Part shown: in pieces, positions 49,507 to 56,790 of the stretch | Layout: every line of letters starts with the position of its first letter | Position numbering within the stretch: the stretch's first letter is position 1 | NCBI GenBank assembly: GCA_964436305.1 | Contig: CAYTCI010000001.1 | Location: 48,037-112,036, forward strand | From: an uncultured Cytophagia bacterium | Lineage (GTDB): Bacteria > Zhuqueibacterota > Zhuqueibacteria > Residuimicrobiales > Residuimicrobiaceae | Length of the DNA stretch: 64,000 bases | Reading direction: 5' to 3' | Program-made: the position numbers and the translations under genes | Notes under the pieces: model-generated | What the model was told of the DNA's origin: nothing | Seen by the model: the letters and a program-made list of their open reading frames with translations, nothing else | Database searches by the model: none

Positions 49507-51618
49507 ATGAGACGAAATGAATTGTGGATCTTGACCAGCCTTGTTGCCGCCCTGCTCCTGGCCATTCACCCGGTCCAGGCGGATGACACCAAATGGCTGG
49601 CTACCGGCATGCTGCACGACTGGTTCTCCAGCGCTGGTTACGAGCAGGAGGTCGGCCGGCGTCATCTGGTGGCCGATCAGCAGGATGGACTGCAGTGGCC
49701 CGCCTTGTTTGAATATCAGGACTGCAAGGCGGCCAAGGCGTTGTGGATCGGTGCGACCAATTATAACGACCCGATCGCCGGCAAGACCTACCCCTTCAAG
49801 GTGGTGCACGTCGGTCCGCGTGTGCTCAATGAGCTGAGCGAGTGGATGCCGTCGAAATTCAAGCTCTACGGCCGTCACGACAAGTCGACGGTTTATGTCG
49901 ACGGGACCTCCGGCGGCAAGCTCGATCTGCTCGATTTCGTGGATGAGGTCGATCCCAATCTGACCGCCGACCGCTACCTCTATACCGAGGCCAACACCCA
50001 GATGGGCATCACCGAAAAACGCAAGGTCTACCAGTTCGGCCAGCAGTATCACAATAACTATTTCATCCAGGAATACACCTTTGTCAACACCGGCATTATC
50101 GACACCAAGGGCACCAAGGTCAGCCAGACCTTAACCGGGGTGGTCTTTTTCTTCCAGCATCGCTACGCGACCTCCAAGGAGGCCTGTGTCTACGGCCTCT
50201 CCATCCTGCCGCAGTCGGCGGCCTGGGGACACAGCGAAATGAACGATACGATGTGGGTTTCGGATCAGGACGGGATCGAGAAGTATCTCTCGCTCTTTTC
50301 CTGGAAGGGCCAGCACTCCAAGGCGGGGTTTGACTGCATCGGCGCCCCGGATAACCGGGAGAACGGCGACGGCCACCTTACCGCGCCGCATTATGCCGGC
50401 TTTGCGGTCTTGCACGCCGACAAGAGCGCCTCGGATCGATCCAATGACAAGAGCCAGCCGACCACAACCCAGTACATGGGTTCGGATGTCACCATCACCT
50501 CGGGCAACGACCCCTACAACGAGCCCAAGATGACCCAGGAGTATGCCGCGATGACGGCGGGCCATCCGGCCAAGAGTCATGCGGATGGGGTGATCGCCTC
50601 GGGCCAGGCGGCCGATGAATATCTCGGGACGGTCGGCGGCTTCACCCAGTGCGCCGGCTTCGGGCCCTACACCATGGCGCCGGGCGACAGCGTCCACATC
50701 GTCCTGGCCGAAGGCATTGCCGGTCTCGACCGCAAGGCCTGCTACACCATCGGCGCCAAATGGTTCAAGGAAGTGGGCCCCTATGTACTGCCGAACGGTT
50801 CGACGACCACCGACCGGGATGAGTACAAGGATAAATGGGTCTACACCGGCCGCGACTCCCTGATCAAGACCTTTCAGCGTGCTGCCGCCAACTACAAGGC
50901 CAACTACAAGATCCCGGTTCCCCCGCCGGCACCGAGCTTTTTCGAGGTCGCTGGTGGCGGCGACCGTATCCAGCTCAAATGGTCGAACAACGCCGAAAGC
51001 TGGCCGGGGTTTGCCGGATACAAGATCTTCCGGGCCATCCACACCCCCGATACCCTCTTTGAAGAGCTGTTTGAATGCGGCAAGGGCACCAAAAACCCCC
51101 AGGTTGTCAACAGCTATGATGACCTGACGGCCATCCGTGGTTTTGACTATTACTACTACATCGTCTCCTTTGACGATGGCAGCAGCAACAAGACCATGGC
51201 CAATCCCGGCGGTCCGCTCTACAGCAGTATCTTTTACGCCAAGACCATCAATCCGACCAACCTCAAGCGCAAGGCAGGTGAGGTTCTGGATGACAGCCTC
51301 GACGCCAGTGGCCATATTGTCAAGACCGGCATCCGTATCGTTCCCAATCCCTACAGCATTCGTGCGCGGGATTTGCAGTTCGGCGACAGCGGGCCGGACC
51401 GTATCATGTTCTACAACATCCCGGGCATTTGCACGATCAAGATCTATACCGAGCGCGGTGACCTGATCCATACCATTGAGCATACCAACGGCAGCGGCGA
51501 TGAAGCCTGGAATTCCATCACCTCCTCGTCCCAGACGGTCGTCAGTGGCGTCTATATCGTCGTTTTCGAGACGCCCAGTGGCCAGAAAGCCGTTCGCAAA
51601 TTTGTCGTCATCCGTTAA
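49507..51618 (+). CDS. secreted ~700-aa protein of unrecognised family with FN3-like module and T9SS-like C-terminal domain (TBDR partner, paralog 1)
   Basis: Signal peptide. Paralogous to 59848-62001 with shared blocks QQYH.NYFI, DCIGAPD, LPNGSTTT..DEYKD.WVY.G.DS, GGD.I...W...GYK.(F/Y)RA, and tail VPNPY.IR.R.LQ...IMF.NIPG.CTI.IYTERGDLI.TI.H.NGSGDE.WNSITS...VVSGVYIV.FE...RKFV.IR. Confidence 0.72.
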   Translation: MRRNELWILTSLVAALLLAIHPVQADDTKWLATGMLHDWFSSAGYEQEVGRRHLVADQQDGLQWPALFEYQDCKAAKALWIGATNYNDPIAGKTYPFKVVHVGPRVLNELSEWMPSKFKLYGRHDKSTVYVDGTSGGKLDLLDFVDEVDPNLTADRYLYTEANTQMGITEKRKVYQFGQQYHNNYFIQEYTFVNTGIIDTKGTKVSQTLTGVVFFFQHRYATSKEACVYGLSILPQSAAWGHSEMNDTMWVSDQDGIEKYLSLFSWKGQHSKAGFDCIGAPDNRENGDGHLTAPHYAGFAVLHADKSASDRSNDKSQPTTTQYMGSDVTITSGNDPYNEPKMTQEYAAMTAGHPAKSHADGVIASGQAADEYLGTVGGFTQCAGFGPYTMAPGDSVHIVLAEGIAGLDRKACYTIGAKWFKEVGPYVLPNGSTTTDRDEYKDKWVYTGRDSLIKTFQRAAANYKANYKIPVPPPAPSFFEVAGGGDRIQLKWSNNAESWPGFAGYKIFRAIHTPDTLFEELFECGKGTKNPQVVNSYDDLTAIRGFDYYYYIVSFDDGSSNKTMANPGGPLYSSIFYAKTINPTNLKRKAGEVLDDSLDASGHIVKTGIRIVPNPYSIRARDLQFGDSGPDRIMFYNIPGICTIKIYTERGDLIHTIEHTNGSGDEAWNSITSSSQTVVSGVYIVVFETPSGQKAVRKFVVIR

Positions 51619-51658
51619 GGGCTATAGACACGCAATCCCAATAAAGGAGTAATGGATT

Positions 51659-52666
51659 ATGAAGCGTATGATCATTGGTATCGTATCCGTTCTTCTGGTG
51701 CTTGGCGCCTTTTATTCGGATGGCCAGGCGCAGAAAAAGCTCGCCCAGACCGGATGCCAGTTTCTCAGCGTCGGCACCGATGCCCGCGCCACCGGCATGG
51801 GTGAGGCCTTCACCACGGTGGAGGGCTCCGGCTCCGCCCTCTTTTACAATCCCGCCGGCATGGCCGGCAATATCAGGAATCTCGATGCCTCGTTCACCCA
51901 AATGACCTGGATCGCCGATATCCAGTACCTGGCCCTCTCGCTGGCCGGCCGGCCCTTCCGCGGTCAGTACGGCACCTTCGGCGTCAGCGCCATGGCCATC
52001 GATTATGGCGATCTGGATGGCACCGTCGTCGCGGATAACGAGCAGGGTTTTCTGGATACCGGCAAATTCGGACCGGGCGCGTGGACCATCGGACTGGGCT
52101 ATGCCATCGATCTGACTGACCGCTTCTCGGTCGGCGGGCAGGCCAAATATGTACACCAGGATCTCGGCCATGTCACCATCCCGCTGAACAATACATCGCC
52201 CTACGTCACCGACAAGAAGGATTACCTCAAGAACGTCTATGCTTTTGATTTTGGTACACTCTACAAAACCGGCTTCAAAAGCCTCGCCTTTGGCATGTGC
52301 GTGCGCAATTTCTCGCAGGAGGTCAAGTACGAGCGCGAGGGTTTCCAGCTGCCGCTGACCTTCAAGGTGGGTTTTTCAATGGATGCCCTCGATTTCTTTC
52401 CCGGGATCGCCAAGAATCACAATCTGCTGCTATCGATCGATGCGGTCCATCCGCGTGATTTCCCGGAATATCTCAATCTGGGCGCCGAATACAAGCTCAT
52501 GGATCTGCTGGCGCTGCGTGCCGGCTACATCACCCGCCAGGATGACTATGGCTTCACCGCGGGTTTCGGTGTGAACACCAATTTTGGCGTGGCCATCGAT
52601 TACTCCTATTCGCCGATGGATGTATTCAATAACGTTCACCGTTTCACCTGCAGATTCGGCATCTAA
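51659..52666 (+). CDS. PorV/PorQ-family (FadL-like) outer-membrane beta-barrel protein
   Basis: Signal peptide, then the family-typical opening QTGCQFLSVGTDARATGMGEAFTTVEGSGSALFYNPAGMA. Beta-barrel pattern ending in ...HRFTCRFGI. Confidence 0.72.
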   Translation: MKRMIIGIVSVLLVLGAFYSDGQAQKKLAQTGCQFLSVGTDARATGMGEAFTTVEGSGSALFYNPAGMAGNIRNLDASFTQMTWIADIQYLALSLAGRPFRGQYGTFGVSAMAIDYGDLDGTVVADNEQGFLDTGKFGPGAWTIGLGYAIDLTDRFSVGGQAKYVHQDLGHVTIPLNNTSPYVTDKKDYLKNVYAFDFGTLYKTGFKSLAFGMCVRNFSQEVKYEREGFQLPLTFKVGFSMDALDFFPGIAKNHNLLLSIDAVHPRDFPEYLNLGAEYKLMDLLALRAGYITRQDDYGFTAGFGVNTNFGVAIDYSYSPMDVFNNVHRFTCRFGI

Positions 52667-52711
52667 TTCACTGAACCTTGATTCGTTGATCCTTAGATGA
52701 GGACGTTTCAT

Positions 52712-53935
52712 ATGGGAAAGAGATTTATCATTATACAAGCGATCCTCCTGGTGGCCGCCTTGATGCTCGTGCTGGCGGGGTGTGACAGTAATGACTATCC
52801 GCCCAGCCTCTATGATCCCAATGCCAAGACCAGTGCTGCGGCGGTCATCAGCGCCGTGGATCCCGCCAGTGTCGCCCTCTCGGGCGTGACCATGATCACC
52901 TTCACGGGGAGCAACTTTTCGACGGTGAAGGAGGACAACATTGTTTACTTCAACGCCGAGAAAGGCACGGTGCTGGAGGCCTCGTCGACGATGCTGAAGG
53001 TTCGCGCGCCGATCTACGTCTCCGACTCGATCGCCATCCGCATCGCGGTCAAGAATTCCGAGCTCTTCAGCAACAAGTGGACCTACAAGCTTGAAGCAGC
53101 GCAGGAGAATCTCCTCACCTTGACGCCGGCGGAGATCCCCTACGGTATTGCGACGGATGCGGCCGGTAATGTCTACGCCTCGCTGATCGTCAGCAACGCC
53201 GGTGCCGGCGTCAAGATCGTCACCCCGGGTGCCGAGAAATATGTCGACTATGCCCCCAAGGGCGGCGAGACCTTCTGGACGGCCATGAAGATGGGTCCGG
53301 GCAATGTGCTCTATTGCGCGCGTAATCTCAAGGGCATCTTCACCATTGCCGCGGCCGCAGCCAAGCCCGCGACCTTCGCCTCTTCCGGTCTGGGCAACAT
53401 CTATGACCTGGATTTTGACGCCAGCCACAACCTCTGGGGCGTGGGTAACAACACCGACATTTATCGCGTCAAGCCCGACAAATCGATCACCAAATTCCCC
53501 TTCACTGCCAACCTCAAATCGGTGCGCGTCTACAACGGCTATCTCTACGTTGCCGGTAAAAAAGACAACGCCGACAAGGTCTGGCGCTTCGCGATCAACG
53601 GCGAGACGCTCGGCGCGGCTGAGGAGTATTTTGATTTTTCGGCCAAGGTCGGCGGCGGTGCGAGCGTCTATTGCATCACCTTCTCGGCGGACGGCTATAT
53701 GTACGTTGGCACCGATGCCGCCGAGGCCATCTTTATCGTCAGCCCCACCGGCTCCTTCGAGCCCCTCTATCCCGGGCAGTTCTTCCCCAAGACCCTGCTC
53801 TTCGCCTGGGGCCCGGGCGCCAGTCTCTATATGACGCGCGAACAGGTGCTGGAAGGCGACCAGATCAAGTACGCCCAGACGATCATTCGCATCAATACGC
53901 AAAAGGAGAGTGCGCCCTACTACGGTCTGCAATGA
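52712..53935 (+). CDS. lipoprotein with IPT/TIG domain and beta-propeller (NHL/SMP-30-like) body
   Basis: Lipobox VLAGC. TIG-like ISAVDPASVALSGVTMITFTGSNFS...VYFNAEKGTVLEASSTMLKVRAP. Repeated blade-like segments (GIATDAAGNVYAS, NIYDLDFDASHNLWGV, GYLYVAG, ITFSADGYMYVGT). Confidence 0.68.
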   Translation: MGKRFIIIQAILLVAALMLVLAGCDSNDYPPSLYDPNAKTSAAAVISAVDPASVALSGVTMITFTGSNFSTVKEDNIVYFNAEKGTVLEASSTMLKVRAPIYVSDSIAIRIAVKNSELFSNKWTYKLEAAQENLLTLTPAEIPYGIATDAAGNVYASLIVSNAGAGVKIVTPGAEKYVDYAPKGGETFWTAMKMGPGNVLYCARNLKGIFTIAAAAAKPATFASSGLGNIYDLDFDASHNLWGVGNNTDIYRVKPDKSITKFPFTANLKSVRVYNGYLYVAGKKDNADKVWRFAINGETLGAAEEYFDFSAKVGGGASVYCITFSADGYMYVGTDAAEAIFIVSPTGSFEPLYPGQFFPKTLLFAWGPGASLYMTREQVLEGDQIKYAQTIIRINTQKESAPYYGLQ

Positions 53936-54103
53936 CCGTTGAACAGCGCCGCTTTTCCTGCGGACAAAAGCATTCCACCATAACTGGAAGGCGCAGGCAT
54001 CCTTCCCGGCAAAGAATTTACCTGGAAAGGAGGGTGATCGGCAGATTTTACGCTGTATCCAGCTTTGAGTAATTACGTAACGTTGTTCACAAAGGAGGTT
54101 AAC

Positions 54104-56521
54104 ATGAAGAAAATGTTAGTGTTCGCCATCGCACTGGTGCTCCTGACCGCGATGGCCGCATCGGCTGGCTGGGAATTCGTCCGGAATTTCCCGAACAATG
54201 ACTTCAAGCCGGTCGGTGGTATGGGTTCGCACGGCCTTATCGTTGACCGCGAAGGCAAGGTCTGGCTGCAAATGTACGGCGCCACCGGCTCGATCACCAA
54301 GGCCAACGGCACCACCGCCACCACCCGGCAGATCTTCTGCTTCTATCCGGATGGTACTCCCACCGCCTGGAGCGGCAACAACCTGATCACCGGCTTTGGC
54401 CAGACCGATACCCTCTACAATTCCCACCGCGGTCTGGGCATGGACCATGATGGCAACATCCTCTGGACGGCCTATCCCTACATCTACCGCTTCGATTACA
54501 AAACCGGCGATCTGCTCCAGCGCATCGTCCCGCAGCAACTGACCTCGTACTGCGCCCCGGTGGCGGATGTCGATGGCGATATCTATCTGGGCTACGTCCT
54601 CCCGGGTAAGCCGATCGAGACCTACGGCGCCGATGGCTCCTACCTCGGCAATGTGAGTGATTCGCAGGACGGCTACGGCCGTACCATGGCGGTCTCGGAT
54701 GACGGCCTCAGTGTCTACGTCCCGAGATACGATAAAAAGTTCCTGCTGCGCTACACCCGTCCCGACAAGTTCAGCCCCTTCGCGGTTCCCGACACGCTCT
54801 GCAAGGGCGCGGCCACCGCTTCGATGAACTGGAACTATGCCACCAGCAAGCTGTGGATCGACGGCGGCAACAACGACGAAGCCCCCTCCGGCGGCCGCTA
54901 TCTGTCCATGACCTGGTACGAGATCGATCCGGTCACCTTCACCCCGACCGACAGCATCAGATGGCAGACCAACGATCCGGCCCAGCCGGCTGGCGAAAAG
55001 CCGCGTGGTATTTCCTTCACGGTCACCGGCGACACGGCCTACGTCTCCTGCTTCGGCGCGGATTACTATGTTCCGGCGCAGATGTTCGTCAAGAGTGCGG
55101 GCGGCGATGTCAATGTCACCTTCCGCATCAACATGGGCATCCAGCAGCAGTATGGCAATTTCAATCCGGCCACCGACAAGGTCGTCATCCGCGGCAGCTT
55201 TAATGGCTGGGCGGGCGATGCCGATGAGTGCCTGCCGACGGCTGAAGCAGGCGTCTATGCGCTGACCAAGACCTTCCCGGCCGCTCAGGTCGGCACCGAG
55301 GTCGAGTTCAAGTACGTCATGATGCCCGGCGATCGCTGGGAGAGCGTCGACAACCGCAAACTGACCATTCCTGGCGTCTCCAAGAGCCTCGATGTGGTCT
55401 ATTACAACAACGTCAGTGTCTACACCGAGACCAAGACCGCCAATGTCACTTTCCAGGCGGATGTGACCGACATGCTGGCCAAGGGCTTCACCCCCGGGAC
55501 CGACGAGATCCTCGTCCTCGGCGGCTTCAACGGCTGGGCCTACAACGATGAGTGGATCGCCCAGCCCGACCTGGTGGTCCCGACCCTCTACACGGTCACC
55601 CATGCCATTACCGACGTTGTCGGCGCCTCCCAGGGCTGGAAATGGCGTGGACGCCCCGAGGGCAATTTTGCTGACGGTGGCTGGGAAGGCGGCGACAACC
55701 ATACCTTCACCTTCACCGGTGAGGATCTGGTGCTGGATGCCTTCAAGCCGAATGTGGCTCCTGCCGGCAAGAAACTGGCGCAGGATGTCACGGTGACCTT
55801 CAAGGTCAATGTGGCCGGCGCGAAGGATTATTTCAACAAAATGGCCTTCCCGACGGTTGACAAGGTCGTCCTCAACGGCGATTTCGCTCCGCTGGGCACC
55901 GGTGGCTGGGCGGGTTGGAGTGTCTCCGATATCGGCGGCACCCTGATCACGATGTACGATGACGCCACCAACGGCGATGCGACCGCTGGCGACGGCATCT
56001 GGACCACCCAGGTGAAATTCGCGGCTGGCACCATTGCCACCCACTATTACAAGTACGGCATCTACTCCGTCGGCTATACCGACACCCTCAACGCCGGTAC
56101 CATCCCGATGGACAACGAAGCCGGAATGTCGATGAACCATCTGATCACCATCCCCGACGCCAATCCGGTTTATGTCAATGCCACCGACAAGTTTGGCTCG
56201 CAGTGGGTCAAGGTCGACAGAATTCCGACCAGCGGTTTGCCTGCAGAATTCACCCTGAATGCCAACTATCCGAACCCCTTCAACCCGACCACCTCGATCA
56301 CCTATGATCTGCCGATGAGAAGCCGTATCCGTCTGACGGTCTTCAATGCGATGGGTCAAGTGGTGGCCAATCTGGTTGATGGCGAACAGAATGCCGGCAG
56401 CTACCGGGTCTCCTGGAACGGCACCAACCTGGACGGCAGCATTGCCCCGAGCGGCATCTATTTCTACCGCCTCGAAGGCGATGGTTTTGCCAAAACCATG
56501 AAAATGACCCTGATGAAGTAG
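54104..56521 (+). CDS. secreted protein: N-terminal propeller-like region, three CBM-like beta-sandwich repeats, T9SS type-A C-terminal sorting domain
   Basis: AAGGAGG RBS and signal peptide MKKMLVFAIALVLLTAMAASA. Three repeats with the (V/T)F..(N/D)...D.(V/I)(V/L)(I/L).G.FNGW signature. C-terminus YPNPFNPTTSITYDLP...GIYFYRLEGDGFAKTMKMTLMK. Confidence 0.72.
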   Translation: MKKMLVFAIALVLLTAMAASAGWEFVRNFPNNDFKPVGGMGSHGLIVDREGKVWLQMYGATGSITKANGTTATTRQIFCFYPDGTPTAWSGNNLITGFGQTDTLYNSHRGLGMDHDGNILWTAYPYIYRFDYKTGDLLQRIVPQQLTSYCAPVADVDGDIYLGYVLPGKPIETYGADGSYLGNVSDSQDGYGRTMAVSDDGLSVYVPRYDKKFLLRYTRPDKFSPFAVPDTLCKGAATASMNWNYATSKLWIDGGNNDEAPSGGRYLSMTWYEIDPVTFTPTDSIRWQTNDPAQPAGEKPRGISFTVTGDTAYVSCFGADYYVPAQMFVKSAGGDVNVTFRINMGIQQQYGNFNPATDKVVIRGSFNGWAGDADECLPTAEAGVYALTKTFPAAQVGTEVEFKYVMMPGDRWESVDNRKLTIPGVSKSLDVVYYNNVSVYTETKTANVTFQADVTDMLAKGFTPGTDEILVLGGFNGWAYNDEWIAQPDLVVPTLYTVTHAITDVVGASQGWKWRGRPEGNFADGGWEGGDNHTFTFTGEDLVLDAFKPNVAPAGKKLAQDVTVTFKVNVAGAKDYFNKMAFPTVDKVVLNGDFAPLGTGGWAGWSVSDIGGTLITMYDDATNGDATAGDGIWTTQVKFAAGTIATHYYKYGIYSVGYTDTLNAGTIPMDNEAGMSMNHLITIPDANPVYVNATDKFGSQWVKVDRIPTSGLPAEFTLNANYPNPFNPTTSITYDLPMRSRIRLTVFNAMGQVVANLVDGEQNAGSYRVSWNGTNLDGSIAPSGIYFYRLEGDGFAKTMKMTLMK
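55109..56068 (+). repeat. three tandem ~90-aa protein-level repeats (about 55109-55375, 55438-55720, 55784-56068) inside the 818-aa T9SS cargo
   Basis: VNVTFRINM...DKVVIRGSFNGWAGD / ANVTFQADV...DEILVLGGFNGWAYN / VTVTFKVNV...DKVVLNGDFAPLGTGGWAGW. Reminiscent of starch/glycogen-binding CBM20/25/48-type modules. Boundaries are approximate. Confidence 0.5.
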
Positions 56522-56536
56522 TTCTCTGATCGAACT

Positions 56537-56570
56537 AGCCTGTGCGCCGAAAGGCGCACAGGCTTTTCTT
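56537..56570 (+). terminator. Rho-independent terminator after the 818-aa gene
   Basis: A 12-bp stem, agcctgtgcgcc (56537-56548) with ggcgcacaggct (56553-56564), GAAA tetraloop, then tttctttg. Confidence 0.8.
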
Positions 56571-56614
56571 TGATGGTGACCTTGATCGGTGTGCCAAATG
56601 AAGCCAGGATACTT

Positions 56615-56650
56615 CCTGCCGGAAGACGGCCCCCACCGCCTTCCGGCAGG
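56615..56650 (+). promoter_or_regulatory. strong hairpin in the leader of TonB-dependent receptor paralog 2
   Basis: Perfect 10-bp arms ctgccggaag (56616-56625) and cttccggcag (56640-56649), extendable by a C-G pair, with a 14-nt C-rich loop. No U-tract follows. Function unknown. Confidence 0.35.
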
Positions 56651-56790
56651 GAGCACCCGCACGGGCACTCATCGACCGTCACAACGCAAGACGACCTCTT
56701 TATCCGGACCGGGAGGGCACGGTCGTTGCTCCTCCACTCCTCGGCCGCTGCCGTATCGTCCGATCACGACCTTTTTAAAATGAGGGTTCT

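Noticed and set aside
54116-56668. 850-aa minus-strand ORF, plus similar long antisense ORFs at 2447-3691, 4072-5580, 6445-7746, 7715-9124, 36093-37559, 44530-46047, 47762-49483, 50131-51483, 52430-53932, 58006-59295, 59899-61602 and 62111-63448
   Set aside because: Each lies opposite a plus-strand gene with signal peptides and/or strong family motifs. The antisense translations are dominated by G, R, A, D, V and L runs, which is characteristic of reverse-complemented GC3-rich coding sequence.
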